From a virus (Duplodnaviria > Heunggongvirae > Uroviricota > Caudoviricetes): 39,222 nt of DNA. The stretch covers positions 1-39,222 of IMG/VR virus record IMGVR_UViG_2690316149_000015. One strand, given 5' to 3'. Under the pieces are notes generated by a model. It saw only the letters and a program-made list of their open reading frames with translations. It ran no database searches and had not been told where the DNA came from. Below, piece after piece: positions 1 to 9,873 of this stretch (position 1 is the first letter of the stretch; each line of letters begins with the position of its first letter). A program made the translations under genes and the position numbers.

Positions 1-327
1 ATGCCTCATAACCCAAATACCTGGCTGGAGTTGGTCCAGAGCTGGTGGCGTGGAGACACACCGCTGGGCGCAGTGATTATGTCGATCGTTATGGCTGGCT
101 TGCGCATTGCCTATTTTGGCGGTGGTGGTGGCTGGAAACGAAAAACGCTCGAGATTTTGCTCTGTGGTGCTCTGACGCTGACTTTTGCATCCGCTCTTGA
201 GTATGTCGGATGGCCTAAATCTCTTTCTGTTGCCATTGGTGGCGGCGTTGGGCTGATCGGGGTCGATGCTATTCGTGGGGCTGCAATGAGAGTAATCGGT
301 AATAAGTTTGGTGGCTCTAAGGAGTAA
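1..327 (+). CDS. putative phage holin
   Basis: 108-aa ORF immediately upstream of the endolysin; hydrophobic glycine-rich segments (FGGGGGW, AIGGGVGLIG) with a charged C-terminus. Starts at window base 1, so the true N-terminus may lie upstream. Confidence 0.5.
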   Translation: MPHNPNTWLELVQSWWRGDTPLGAVIMSIVMAGLRIAYFGGGGGWKRKTLEILLCGALTLTFASALEYVGWPKSLSVAIGGGVGLIGVDAIRGAAMRVIGNKFGGSKE

Positions 328-330
328 TTT

Positions 331-807
331 ATGCAGGTACTAAATTCCCAGCGTAAAGCTTTCCTGGATATGGTGGCATGGTCAGAAGGAACGGATAACG
401 GGCGACAACCGACACGTAACCACGGTTATGACGTTATTGTCGGTGGCGAACTCTTCACTGATTACTCCGATCACCCTCGCAAACTTGTCACGCTAAACCC
501 GAAACTCAAATCAACAGCTGCAGGCCGTTATCAACTTCTTTCACGTTGGTGGGATGCTTACCGCAAGCAGCTTGGGCTGAAAGACTTCTCTCCCAGAAGC
601 CAGGACTCAGTGGCATTACAGCAGATTAAAGAGCGTGGCGCTTTACCGATGATTGATCGCGGCAATATTCGTCAGGCAATCGACCGTTGCAGCAATATCT
701 GGGCGTCTTTACCTGGTGCAGGTTACGGTCAGTATGAACATAAAATTGGCGACCTGATTTCCCGGTTTAAAGAGGCTGGTGGGGTGGTAAATGAAGCTGA
801 GATATAA
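331..807 (+). CDS. phage endolysin, lambda R-like lytic transglycosylase
   Basis: 158-aa translation (QRKAFLDM..AWSEGTDNGRQ..TRNHGYDVIVGG..) matches my recollection of the lambda R endolysin family nearly along its whole length. Confidence 0.9.
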   Translation: MQVLNSQRKAFLDMVAWSEGTDNGRQPTRNHGYDVIVGGELFTDYSDHPRKLVTLNPKLKSTAAGRYQLLSRWWDAYRKQLGLKDFSPRSQDSVALQQIKERGALPMIDRGNIRQAIDRCSNIWASLPGAGYGQYEHKIGDLISRFKEAGGVVNEAEI

Positions 808-1183
808 GCTGGTTATTGTTGCCTTCTTTGTTACCGTCATTGGTTCCTTCATCTGGTCTGCCGGGCATTACTACAGCAAATATCTGCACGAAAAGGAGCG
901 TGCTGATGAGGCTATACGAAATGCTGAATCAGCAACTGCCATTACCCGTAACGTTCTGCAATCACTGCAAATCATCAATACAGTTATAGAGGCTAACCAG
1001 CATGCAAAACAGCAGATTGCACTGGAGTCACAGAAAACCCAGGAAGATATCAAAGTGGCTGTTGCGGATGATGATTGTGCTTCACGTCCTGTGCCTGCTG
1101 CCGCTGCTGACCGGTTGCGGAAGTACGCGGACAGTTTACGTGAACACTCCGGCGGTACCACTGCCAGCCAGCTTGACTTCTGA
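791..1183 (+). CDS. i-spanin (Rz-like)
   Basis: Overlaps the endolysin stop; N-terminal transmembrane helix followed by a charged, probably coiled-coil region; correct position in a lysis cassette. Confidence 0.6.
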   Translation: MKLRYKLVIVAFFVTVIGSFIWSAGHYYSKYLHEKERADEAIRNAESATAITRNVLQSLQIINTVIEANQHAKQQIALESQKTQEDIKVAVADDDCASRPVPAAAADRLRKYADSLREHSGGTTASQLDF

Positions 1184-1316
1184 TACACCTGTACCGTTTA
1201 TACCCAACCCACTGACGTATGGTGCAAGTCTTGATTTGAATGTAAGTTTGTTATCCGCGTTGGCTCAATGTAATAGGGATAAGTCTGATATCAGAATCAT
1301 TGATAATCAAAATTGA
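1068..1316 (+). CDS. o-spanin lipoprotein (Rz1-like), overlapping Rz in +1 frame
   Basis: Internal ATG of ORF 1002..1316 gives MMIVLHVLCLLPLLTGCGS with a lipobox (LLTGC), followed by a proline-rich short protein. Confidence 0.5.
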   Translation: MMIVLHVLCLLPLLTGCGSTRTVYVNTPAVPLPASLTSDTPVPFIPNPLTYGASLDLNVSLLSALAQCNRDKSDIRIIDNQN

Positions 1317-1519
1317 TGTATATTTTTATCGTCATGTAGATAACGAACAAGGTATTCCTCTGATACGTTTCGTTGAATACAGGTCATGGGTAGGCATTGC
1401 AATATCGCTTCGAAATTATCTGTGATAATGCTCTTAATTTTGAATGTATGTATTTGGGAAAAGAGATAAAGTAATAGTCTAATTAATGGAGATATCCACA
1501 AAACACAAAAGGGACTATT

Positions 1520-2026
1520 ATGCGACCAGATCAATTTTTCTATCCAGATACTTTTACCTTTAATTCATCCACCTATTATGGTCAACGTGACTCATCTAAA
1601 GGTCGATTGTATATTCCTATTGAAAGTGACTTATGTCCATTTAATATCGGCGATATCATTGTGCAAAAAATGGTCGACAGGGAAAGACTATTTGAAGTGC
1701 TTGATTACGAGGTGCAAATTAGTCTCGAGGCTGGTTGCCCTGGCTACTCACATTTGGCGGTATTGATAGTGAATGCATTGGATGTAAAAGAGAAGCCGAA
1801 GCAGATTACGACCCATTTGACGTTTAACGGTGCTATTAATGCTGGTGGTGATTTTCAAGCCGGTAATGACAATTCGATCACAAAGAATATAACCATTCAA
1901 CAACTACATGATGCTATAGAGCATTGCAATGATCCAGAGGTTAAAAGCCTTTGGCAAAAGCTATTGGAAAATCCGACGTTTGCTTCAATTGCTTCAATAT
2001 TGGCAAAAAGTGCTTTAGGACAGTAA
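1520..2026 (+). CDS. hypothetical protein (AT-rich moron between lysis and packaging genes)
   Basis: 168-aa ORF in a clearly AT-rich block (about 1320-2030) between GC-normal lysis and HNH/terminase genes; no motif I recognise. Confidence 0.55.
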   Translation: MRPDQFFYPDTFTFNSSTYYGQRDSSKGRLYIPIESDLCPFNIGDIIVQKMVDRERLFEVLDYEVQISLEAGCPGYSHLAVLIVNALDVKEKPKQITTHLTFNGAINAGGDFQAGNDNSITKNITIQQLHDAIEHCNDPEVKSLWQKLLENPTFASIASILAKSALGQ

Positions 2027-2083
2027 TTCATCAAGCCCCATTCAATATGGGGTTTTTATGCTTATTACAAAGAGTTTTCTTCA

Positions 2084-2434
2084 ATGCCACCACGAACTCC
2101 AAAAGCCTGCCGTGTTCGCGGGTGCCGCCGTACCACCACTGACCCGTCAGGTTATTGCGAAAGCCACAAAAGCGAAGGCTGGAAGCAATACAAGCCAGGA
2201 CAATCCCGTCATCAGCGCGGCTACGGTTCGAAGTGGGACGTTATCCGCGCGCGTGTGCTGAAACGTGACAAAGGTTTATGTCAGTTATGTCTGCGCGCTG
2301 GTGTGGTGCGTGAGGCGAAAACTGTTGACCACATCATCCCTAAAGCGCATGGCGGCACTGATGCCGACTGTAATCTGCAGAGTCTGTGCTGGCCGTGTCA
2401 TAAGGCGAAGACGGCCCGTGAACGGCTTAAGTGA
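2084..2434 (+). CDS. HNH endonuclease, terminase-associated (copy 1)
   Basis: 116 aa with zinc-finger/HNH signature (CRVRGC..., DHIIPKAHGG, CNLQSLCWPCH) directly upstream of the terminase small subunit, the usual arrangement in HK97-like packaging modules. Confidence 0.85.
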   Translation: MPPRTPKACRVRGCRRTTTDPSGYCESHKSEGWKQYKPGQSRHQRGYGSKWDVIRARVLKRDKGLCQLCLRAGVVREAKTVDHIIPKAHGGTDADCNLQSLCWPCHKAKTARERLK

Positions 2435-2559
2435 TAATAATTCTCAACTGTCTGAGGGGAGGGGCGGGTCAAATCTCTGCGGCCTGACGTCTTCAGGACT
2501 GCCCGCCCCATCGTTTTTTTATACCCGCGAAAAATGAAATTTAACCAGGAGTGCCGCAT

Positions 2560-3045
2560 ATGGCTGGAACGGCGGGGCGTTCCGGGCGTCGCCCCAAGCC
2601 AACGGCGCGCAAGGCGCTGGCCGGAAACCCCGGCAAGCGAGCCCTGAATAAAGATGAACCTGTTTTTACGCCCATCAAAGGTGTTGAGCCACCGGAATGG
2701 TTCGCTGAAGAAGATCTCCCTCTCGCTACGATCATGTGGCAACTGACAACTAAAGAACTCTGCGGTCAGGGCCTGCTGTGCGTGACTGACCTCGCGGTGC
2801 TTGAGCGGTGGTGCGTGGCCTATGAGTTCTGGCGACGTGCCGTGAAAAATATTGCCAGCCAGGGCAACACCATTACCGGTGCAATGGGCGGTATGGTCAA
2901 AAACCCGGAGCTGACCGCCAAGAAAGAACAGGAGTCCGAGATGAGCAGCACGGGGGCAATGCTCGGACTCGACCCCAGCAGCCGCCAGCGTCTGATTGGC
3001 CTGGCGGGGAAGAAGAAAGCCACTAACCCGTTTCTGACAATCTGA
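2560..3045 (+). CDS. terminase small subunit, P27-type (copy 1)
   Basis: ORF 2551..3045; ATG at 2560 follows an AGGAG ribosome-binding site. Translation identical to the copy at 5662..6147; precedes the terminase large subunit. Confidence 0.8.
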   Translation: MAGTAGRSGRRPKPTARKALAGNPGKRALNKDEPVFTPIKGVEPPEWFAEEDLPLATIMWQLTTKELCGQGLLCVTDLAVLERWCVAYEFWRRAVKNIASQGNTITGAMGGMVKNPELTAKKEQESEMSSTGAMLGLDPSSRQRLIGLAGKKKATNPFLTI

Positions 3046-3058
3046 AAATCATCGAATC

Positions 3059-3227
3059 ATGAGCCGGAAATCTTACCCCAACGTAAATGCTGCCAATCAG
3101 TATGCCCGGGATGTCGTGCGCGGAAAGATTGTGGCCTGCCAGTTTGTGATTCAGGCCTGCCAGCGCCATCTTGATGACCTGATGGCGGAAAAAAGTAAGT
3201 CGTTTCGTTACCGCTTCGACAAGGAAT
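3059..3227 (+). pseudogene. terminase large subunit N-terminal fragment, truncated by IS3
   Basis: First ~55 codons identical to the intact TerL at 6161; the reading frame diverges exactly where the IS3 terminal inverted repeat begins (3228). Confidence 0.85.
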
Positions 3228-3257
3228 TGATCCTACCCACGTAATATGGACACAGGC

Positions 3258-4124
3258 CTAAGCGAGGTTCTGGTTTTCAAATTGTTCCGGACTGAGGCCG
3301 CCACACCAACTGTGCCGCCGCCACCGATTGTAATCACATTCGATATAATTAAACACCGTTGCCCGCATTATTTCCCGGCTGATAAAGTGTTCTCCATGGA
3401 TACATTCCACTTTCAGCGAATGAAAGAAGCTTTCCACGCAGGCATTATCGTAGCAGCAACCTTTTGCGCTCATACTTCCACGCAGATTATGCCGCTTCAG
3501 TTGCGCCTGATAATCTGCTGAACAGTACTGGCCTCCACGGTCCGTGTGAACGATAACGTTCCGGGGCCTCTTACGCCGCCACAGCGCCATCTGCAGGGCA
3601 TCGCAGGCCAGTTGCGCCGTCATGCGTGGCGACATTGACCAGCCAATAACGGCACGTGACCACAGGTCAATGACCACTGCCAGATACAGCCAGCCTTCAT
3701 CTGTACGTAAGTACGTGATGTCTCCTGCCCACTTCTGGTTCGGGCCACTGGCGTAAAAATCCTGCTCCAACAGATTTTCTGACACAGGCAGGCCGTGTGC
3801 GCGGTAGCTGACCGGGCTGAACTTCCGGGAGGCCTTTGCCCTCAGTCCCTGACGGCGCAGGCTTGCCGCCACGGTTTTTACGTTAAAGGGGTAACCCTGA
3901 GCACGCAGTTCATCCGTCAGGCGTGGGGCACCGTAACGCTGTTTTGACCGGGTAAAAGCCGCGAGGACAACGCTGTCGCAGTGTTGGCGGAACTGCTGAC
4001 GCGTGCTTATCCTTGTCCGCCGCTGACACCACGTATACCAGCCGCTGCGGGCCACCCGGAGCACGCGGCACATTGCTTTGATGCTGAACTCAGCCTGATG
4101 TTTTTCAATAAAGACATACTTCAT
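3258..4124 (-). CDS. insF: IS3 transposase OrfB (DDE integrase domain)
   Basis: 288-aa translation recognised as IS3 InsF; overlaps orfA as expected for the -1 frameshift fusion. Confidence 0.9.
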   Translation of the reverse strand: MKYVFIEKHQAEFSIKAMCRVLRVARSGWYTWCQRRTRISTRQQFRQHCDSVVLAAFTRSKQRYGAPRLTDELRAQGYPFNVKTVAASLRRQGLRAKASRKFSPVSYRAHGLPVSENLLEQDFYASGPNQKWAGDITYLRTDEGWLYLAVVIDLWSRAVIGWSMSPRMTAQLACDALQMALWRRKRPRNVIVHTDRGGQYCSADYQAQLKRHNLRGSMSAKGCCYDNACVESFFHSLKVECIHGEHFISREIMRATVFNYIECDYNRWRRHSWCGGLSPEQFENQNLA

Positions 4125-4420
4125 TTCAGGCGCTTCGCGAAGTATGTCGCGGCCTTTTGGAGGATAGCCAGCTCTTCATCCCGTTCTGCCAGCTGGCGTT
4201 TGAGACGTGCAATCTCGGTAGACATCTCCAGTTCACGTTCAGAAGACGTCTGCTGATTTTGCTGTTTACTGCGCCAGTTGTAGAGCTGTGATTCATACAG
4301 GCTGAGTTCACGGGCTGCGGCAGTAACACCGATGCGTTCAGCAAGCTTCAGGGCTTCACTGCGAAATTCAGGCGAATGCTGTTTACGGGGTTTTTTACTG
4401 GTTGATACTGTTTTTGTCAT
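4121..4420 (-). CDS. insE: IS3 transposase OrfA (HTH subunit)
   Basis: ORF 4121..4429; ATG at 4420 follows a GAGGTGA ribosome-binding site; translation [13 protein letters not shown]... recognised as IS3 InsE. Confidence 0.9.
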   Translation of the reverse strand: MTKTVSTSKKPRKQHSPEFRSEALKLAERIGVTAAARELSLYESQLYNWRSKQQNQQTSSERELEMSTEIARLKRQLAERDEELAILQKAATYFAKRLK

Positions 4421-4699
4421 GTGAGTCACCTCTGACTGAGAGTTTACTCACTTAGCCGCGTGTCCACTATTGCTGGGTAAGATCACTCATCACGTATTTG
4501 TGTTTCATGTTTGCGATTGTAGAAGTAGCCATTCAGTTCATTTAACTTTTTATGCATCCTATCGTGACTAATTGCTTCGATCAGTAAATCCTGAATCATA
4601 CTTTTCTCTAGGTAATCCGAACGGTTGTAAGTGACAGTATTGTGCTGGCATGTCATTAATATGTAAAGGTATTGTGAATGCCAGAAAGATAACGAAGTA

Positions 4700-5053
4700 T
4701 CATCGATAGAAAAACTTTACAGCCCACTCGTAAACAGCTTTGTAAATCGGTTCATGGTAAATACTATCGATACTATTCAGATGTGCGATCATCGCCTCCA
4801 CAGTTGTAGTGGTTGTTTCTAATATTTCGATTATTGCAGGGCGGTCATCATCTTCATCGAAGTATTCGAACAGCAGTACAGGTTTACCATGCAATTCAGC
4901 ATCTGAGACTCTAAGGTTACAACTACCGCTCAACTCAAAGTGAATTTTGTAATTACCTTCTACAGAATGGCCTACGGGGAAAAAGTATAGGGTGTCATCT
5001 TTGTTCAAAAGCCATGCCCATTCATAACTATTCATTTGTGAACTCCTGTTCAT
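4700..5053 (-). CDS. hypothetical protein (AT-rich moron upstream of second packaging module)
   Basis: 117-aa antisense ORF in the AT-rich block 4486-5120; acidic stretch (FEYFDEDDDRP); no recognisable motif. Confidence 0.45.
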   Translation of the reverse strand: MNRSSQMNSYEWAWLLNKDDTLYFFPVGHSVEGNYKIHFELSGSCNLRVSDAELHGKPVLLFEYFDEDDDRPAIIEILETTTTTVEAMIAHLNSIDSIYHEPIYKAVYEWAVKFFYR

Positions 5054-5185
5054 TGAGTTTCAACAACTATCAACTACATCCAGCGAAGCATAAAAGATCG
5101 TTTATGGCAAAACCGGAATGGAGTGCGATTCGATTCTGAGAAGGGTGCCACGTATCGTACGCGAACCATCCAAGAGGATTATGCA

Positions 5186-5536
5186 ATGCCCCCACGAACC
5201 CCAAAAGCCTGCCGCGTTCGCGGCTGCCGCCATACCACCACTGACTCGTCAGGCTATTGCGAAAGCCACAAAAGCGAAGGCTGGAAGCAATACAAGCCAG
5301 GCCAGTCCCGACACCAGCGCGGTTATGGTTCGAAATGGGATGTTATCCGTGAACGTGTGCTCAAGCGTGACAAAGGCCTGTGCCAGTTGTGCCTGCGTGC
5401 TGGTGTGGTGCGCGAGGCGAAAACCGTTGACCACATCATCCCTAAAGCGCATGGCGGCACTGATGCCGACTGTAATCTGCAGAGTCTGTGCTGGCCGTGT
5501 CATAAGGCGAAGACGGCCCGTGAACGGCTTAAGTGA
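5186..5536 (+). CDS. HNH endonuclease, terminase-associated (copy 2)
   Basis: ATG at 5186 inside ORF 5123..5536, after a GAGGA ribosome-binding site. The 5' third differs by about 10% from copy 1 (R/H, P/S, A/E changes), then becomes identical. Confidence 0.85.
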   Translation: MPPRTPKACRVRGCRHTTTDSSGYCESHKSEGWKQYKPGQSRHQRGYGSKWDVIRERVLKRDKGLCQLCLRAGVVREAKTVDHIIPKAHGGTDADCNLQSLCWPCHKAKTARERLK

Positions 5537-5661
5537 TAATAATTCTCAACTGTCTGAGGGGAGGGGCGGGTCAAATCTCTGCGGCCTGACGTCTTCAGGA
5601 CTGCCCGCCCCATCGTTTTTTTATACCCGCGAAAAATGAAATTTAACCAGGAGTGCCGCAT

Positions 5662-6147
5662 ATGGCTGGAACGGCGGGGCGTTCCGGGCGTCGCCCCAAG
5701 CCAACGGCGCGCAAGGCGCTGGCCGGAAACCCCGGCAAGCGAGCCCTGAATAAAGATGAACCTGTTTTTACGCCCATCAAAGGTGTTGAGCCACCGGAAT
5801 GGTTCGCTGAAGAAGATCTCCCTCTCGCTACGATCATGTGGCAACTGACAACTAAAGAACTCTGCGGTCAGGGCCTGCTGTGCGTGACTGACCTCGCGGT
5901 GCTTGAGCGGTGGTGCGTGGCCTATGAGTTCTGGCGACGTGCCGTGAAAAATATTGCCAGCCAGGGCAACACCATTACCGGTGCAATGGGCGGTATGGTC
6001 AAAAACCCGGAGCTGACCGCCAAGAAAGAACAGGAGTCCGAGATGAGCAGCACGGGGGCAATGCTCGGACTCGACCCCAGCAGCCGCCAGCGTCTGATTG
6101 GCCTGGCGGGGAAGAAGAAAGCCACTAACCCGTTTCTGACAATCTGA
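5662..6147 (+). CDS. terminase small subunit, P27-type (copy 2)
   Basis: Translation identical to copy 1; immediately precedes the intact TerL. Confidence 0.85.
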   Translation: MAGTAGRSGRRPKPTARKALAGNPGKRALNKDEPVFTPIKGVEPPEWFAEEDLPLATIMWQLTTKELCGQGLLCVTDLAVLERWCVAYEFWRRAVKNIASQGNTITGAMGGMVKNPELTAKKEQESEMSSTGAMLGLDPSSRQRLIGLAGKKKATNPFLTI

Positions 6148-6160
6148 AAATCATCGAATC

Positions 6161-7894
6161 ATGAGCCGGAAATCTTACCCCAACGTAAATGCTGCCAATC
6201 AGTATGCCCGGGATGTCGTGCGCGGAAAGATTGTGGCCTGCCAGTTTGTGATTCAGGCCTGCCAGCGCCATCTTGATGACCTGATGGCGGAAAAAAGTAA
6301 GTCGTTTCGTTACCGCTTCGACAAGGATCTGGCTGAACGGGCCGCCAAATTTATTCAGCTGTTGCCGCACACCAAGGGTGAGTGGGCATTCAAGAGGATG
6401 CCCATCACGCTGGAGCCGTGGCAGCTCTTTGTGATCTGCTGCGCGTTTGGCTGGGTCAATAAAGGCTCCCGGCTGCGCCGCTTCCGTGAGGTGTATACCG
6501 AAATCCCCCGTAAGAACGGCAAATCGGCAATCTCTGCCGGTGTCGCCCTGTATTGTTTTGCCTGTGATAACGAGTTCGGCGCGGAAGTGTATTCCGGTGC
6601 CACGACGGAGAAACAGGCATGGGAAGTCTTTCGTCCGGCAAGACTGATGTGTAAACGCACACCCATGCTGACGGAAGCGTTCGGGATTGAGGTTAACGCC
6701 TCAAACATGAACCGTCCGGAGGATGGCGCGCGGTTTGAACCGCTGATCGGCAACCCCGGTGATGGTTCATCACCCCACTGTGCCGTGGTGGATGAATATC
6801 ACGAGCACGCCACCGATGCGCTTTATACCACAATGCTTACCGGGATGGGGGCGCGACGTCAGCCACTGATGTGGGCCATCACCACCGCCGGGTACAACAT
6901 TGAGGGGCCGTGCTACGACAAGCGGCGGGAAGTCATCGAGATGCTCAACGGCTCGGTGCCTAACGATGAACTGTTCGGGATCATCTATACCGTTGATGAA
7001 GGTGACGACTGGACCGACCCGCAGGTGCTGGAAAAAGCCAATCCAAATATTGGCGTATCGGTTTATCGCGAATTTTTGTTAAGTCAGCAGCAGCGTGCGA
7101 AAAATAACGCCCGTCTGGCAAACGTCTTTAAAACAAAACACCTCAATATCTGGGTGTCGGCACGTTCGGCGTATTTCAACCTGGTGAGCTGGCAGAGCTG
7201 CGAGGATAAATCACTGACCCTTGAGCAGTTCGAGGGGCAGCCGTGCATTCTGGCCTTTGACCTGGCGCGTAAGCTGGATATGAACAGCATGGCGCGACTT
7301 TATACCCGCGAGATTGACGGTAAAACGCATTACTACAGTGTGGTCCCGCGCTTCTGGGTACCGTATGACACGGTGTACAGCGTCGAGAAAAATGAAGATA
7401 GACGGACAGCCGAACGCTTTCAGAAATGGGTGGAAATGGGCGTCCTGACCGTTACCGATGGTGCAGAGGTGGATTATCGCTACATCCTCGAAGAGGCCAA
7501 AGCGGCGAACAAAATCAGCCCGGTCAGTGAGTCACCCATCGACCCCTTCGGGGCGACCGGGCTGTCACATGACCTTGCTGATGAAGATCTGAATCCCGTC
7601 ACTATCGTCCAGAACTTCGCCAATATGTCCGATCCGATGAAAGAGCTGGAAGCAGCGATTGAATCGGGACGCTTTCATCATGACGGCAATCCCATCATGA
7701 CCTGGTGTATCGGCAATGTGGTCGGCAAAAACATGCCAGGTAACGATGATTTAGTGAAGCCCGTCAAGGAGCAGGCGGAAAACAAAATCGATGGTGCGGT
7801 TGCACTGATTATGACGATCGGTCGGGCAATGCTCAAAGAACCTGACGATTTCCTCTCATCTCTTGATCCGGACGATGATCTCTTAATTCTATGA
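6161..7894 (+). CDS. terminase large subunit
   Basis: 577 aa with ATPase and nuclease regions (e.g. EIPRKNGKS Walker A-like, VVDEYHE); position between TerS and portal. Confidence 0.95.
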   Translation: MSRKSYPNVNAANQYARDVVRGKIVACQFVIQACQRHLDDLMAEKSKSFRYRFDKDLAERAAKFIQLLPHTKGEWAFKRMPITLEPWQLFVICCAFGWVNKGSRLRRFREVYTEIPRKNGKSAISAGVALYCFACDNEFGAEVYSGATTEKQAWEVFRPARLMCKRTPMLTEAFGIEVNASNMNRPEDGARFEPLIGNPGDGSSPHCAVVDEYHEHATDALYTTMLTGMGARRQPLMWAITTAGYNIEGPCYDKRREVIEMLNGSVPNDELFGIIYTVDEGDDWTDPQVLEKANPNIGVSVYREFLLSQQQRAKNNARLANVFKTKHLNIWVSARSAYFNLVSWQSCEDKSLTLEQFEGQPCILAFDLARKLDMNSMARLYTREIDGKTHYYSVVPRFWVPYDTVYSVEKNEDRRTAERFQKWVEMGVLTVTDGAEVDYRYILEEAKAANKISPVSESPIDPFGATGLSHDLADEDLNPVTIVQNFANMSDPMKELEAAIESGRFHHDGNPIMTWCIGNVVGKNMPGNDDLVKPVKEQAENKIDGAVALIMTIGRAMLKEPDDFLSSLDPDDDLLIL

Positions 7895-8052
7895 AATCAC
7901 TAATTGCTGATGTTATCGGGCTGGCTGGTTTTGGCCTGCTTACGTGCGGGGTTTACCTGCAGTTTGGTATGGCTCCGGCTCTGATTTTGTCCGGTGCTTT
8001 ACTGCTGGTGGGCGCACTGGCTATGGTCAGAAGGGGGACGCGTGCTGCTTGA
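7891..8052 (+). CDS. small hydrophobic protein between terminase and portal
   Basis: 53-codon ORF ([26 protein letters not shown]...) below the ORF-track cutoff; its start overlaps the TerL stop (ATGA) and its stop overlaps the likely portal start. Confidence 0.35.
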   Translation: MKSLIADVIGLAGFGLLTCGVYLQFGMAPALILSGALLLVGALAMVRRGTRAA

Positions 8053-9268
8053 TGCTCTGTTCAGAAGTAAATCACTGGAGAATCCTTCCACCCCGATAAC
8101 CGGGGATGCCGTTGATACTGATGGGCTGTTCCGGGCTGACGTTTATGTCAGTCCTGAGACTGCGATGAAACTGGCTGCGGTGTATTCCTGTATCTATGTC
8201 CTGTCTTCCAGCCTTGCCCAGATGCCGTTGCATGTTATGCGCAGGCACAAGGGGAAGGTTGAACCCGCACGCGATCATCCTGCGTTTTATCTGGTTCATG
8301 ATGAGCCCAATACCTGGCAAACCAGCTACAAATGGCGCGAACTGAAGCAACGTCACATCCTTGGCTGGGGGAATGGGTATACCTGGGTGAAACGTAATCG
8401 TCGCGGTGAAGTCATATCCCTGGATTGCTGTATGCCGTGGGAAACGACGCTGATGAATACTGGTGGCCGATATACCTACGGTTTGTACAACGAATATGGG
8501 GCGTTTGCGATCAGTCCGGACGATATGATCCACATCCGTGCGCTGGGTAATAATCAGAAGATGGGGCTGAGTCCGATTATGCAACATGCCGAAACAATAG
8601 GCATGGGGATGAGCGGTCAGAAGTACACAGAAAGCTTCTTCAGCGGTAATGCCCGTCCGGCGGGGATAGTATCCGTTAAAAGCGGACTCAATAAGGAAAG
8701 CTGGGGCTGGCTTAAAGATCAGTGGCAGAAGGCATCGCAGGCGTTACGCCGCCAGGAAAACAAAACCATGCTGCTGCCAGCCGATCTGGATTACAAGGCA
8801 CTGACTGTGTCGCCAGTTGACGCTCAGATCATTGACATGATGAAGCTGAACCGTTCAATGATCGCCGGTATTTTCAATATTCCTGCGCACATGATTAATG
8901 ACCTCGAAAAAGCCACCTTCTCCAATATTTCTGCGCAGGCGATTCAGTTTGTCCGCTACACGATGATGCCGTGGGTGACGAACTGGGAGCAGGAGCTTAA
9001 CCGTCGCTTGTTTACCCGCGCTGAGTTAGCCGCCGGGTATTACGTCAGGTTCAATCTGACGGGGCTTTTACGCGGAACTCCGCAGGAGCGCGCGCAATTC
9101 TATCACTTCGCTATTACCGATGGATGGATGAGCCGTAATGAGGCCCGCGCATTCGAGGATATGAATCCGGTTGAAGGGCTGGACGAGATGCTGGTAAGCG
9201 TGAATGCTGCTAACCCGGCAGGAGATTTTAAGCCCCCAAAAAACGATGAGGGAAAAACCAATGAATGA
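8042..9268 (+). CDS. portal protein (HK97 family)
   Basis: ORF 7994..9268; the likely start is GTG at 8042, preceded by AAGGGGGA. 400+ aa, sited between terminase and prohead protease. Confidence 0.85.
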   Translation: MLLDALFRSKSLENPSTPITGDAVDTDGLFRADVYVSPETAMKLAAVYSCIYVLSSSLAQMPLHVMRRHKGKVEPARDHPAFYLVHDEPNTWQTSYKWRELKQRHILGWGNGYTWVKRNRRGEVISLDCCMPWETTLMNTGGRYTYGLYNEYGAFAISPDDMIHIRALGNNQKMGLSPIMQHAETIGMGMSGQKYTESFFSGNARPAGIVSVKSGLNKESWGWLKDQWQKASQALRRQENKTMLLPADLDYKALTVSPVDAQIIDMMKLNRSMIAGIFNIPAHMINDLEKATFSNISAQAIQFVRYTMMPWVTNWEQELNRRLFTRAELAAGYYVRFNLTGLLRGTPQERAQFYHFAITDGWMSRNEARAFEDMNPVEGLDEMLVSVNAANPAGDFKPPKNDEGKTNE

Positions 9269-9863
9269 CCGTGAAATCCGTTGTTACAGCGGTGAGGTGC
9301 GTGCTGAGAGGCATGACGATAACCCGGCGCACATTATCGGTTATGGATCGGTGTTTGACTGTCGTTCTGAGCTGATATTCGGTTCATTCCGCGAAATCAT
9401 CCGGCCCGGCGCTTTTGACGATGTGCTTGGTGATGATGTACGCGCACTGTTTAACCACGATCCTAATTTTATTCTTGGGCGTAGTGCAGCAGGCACGCTG
9501 AATCTTTCAGTTGATGAGCGCGGATTACGCTATGACATCCAGGCTCCGGAGACACAGACCATTCGTGATCTGGTGCTGGCCCCGATGCAACGTGGAGATA
9601 TTAACCAGTCATCTTTCGCTTTCCGTGTCGCCCGTGACGGTGAGGAGTGGTATCAGGATGAGGATGGGGTTGTTATTCGCGAGATAACCCGCTTTTCCCG
9701 TCTGCTGGATGTCAGTCCTGTGACATATCCTGCCTATCAGGAGGCTGACTCGGCTGTTCGCTCCATGAAAGCATGGCAGGAGGCGCGCAACAGCGGCGCG
9801 CTACAGAAAGCCATTAATCAACGTATGGCGCGTGAACGCGTCCTGACCCTTCTTAACGCGTAA
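9261..9863 (+). CDS. prohead maturation protease (HK97 family)
   Basis: ORF 9204..9863; ATG at 9261 overlaps the portal stop; canonical position between portal and major capsid. Confidence 0.8.
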   Translation: MNDREIRCYSGEVRAERHDDNPAHIIGYGSVFDCRSELIFGSFREIIRPGAFDDVLGDDVRALFNHDPNFILGRSAAGTLNLSVDERGLRYDIQAPETQTIRDLVLAPMQRGDINQSSFAFRVARDGEEWYQDEDGVVIREITRFSRLLDVSPVTYPAYQEADSAVRSMKAWQEARNSGALQKAINQRMARERVLTLLNA

Positions 9864-9873
9864 AGGAAACATC

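Larger units (their letters stand above)
2084..3225. repeat. duplicated HNH-TerS-TerL' packaging segment, copy A (partner 5186..6327)
   Basis: Constant offset of 3102 bp between the two copies; first ~250 bp diverge by about 10%, the remainder appears identical. Confidence 0.8.
3228..4485 (-). mobile_element. IS3 insertion sequence (1258 bp, complete)
   Basis: Ends read TGATCCTACCCACG... (3228) and ...GCTGGGTAAGATCA (4485); two overlapping transposase ORFs match IS3 InsE/InsF as I recall them. Flanking triplets differ (AAT vs CTC), so no target-site duplication. Confidence 0.9.
5186..6327. repeat. duplicated HNH-TerS-TerL packaging segment, copy B
   Basis: See copy A; this copy continues into an intact TerL. 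Confidence 0.8.

Noticed and set aside
2265-2742. Overlapping alternative-frame ORFs around the HNH/TerS genes (2058..2261, 2265..2537, 2398..2742, and counterparts near 5118..5844)
   Set aside because: They overlap the HNH and terminase small subunit genes in other frames and are duplicated only because the DNA is duplicated.
4486-4560. Short antisense ORF (about 24 codons) running into the IS3 end
   Set aside because: Its stop codon is supplied by the IS3 terminal TGA; most likely a fragment of a gene destroyed by the IS3-associated rearrangement, too short to call.
8072-8587. Long antisense ORFs inside the structural genes (e.g. 8072..8587, 12336..12941, 13935..14351, 15888..16313, 18045..18542, 20272..20730)
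   Set aside because: Each lies wholly within a homology- and position-supported phage gene on the opposite strand, with no independent start context; typical shadow ORFs of GC-rich coding sequence.
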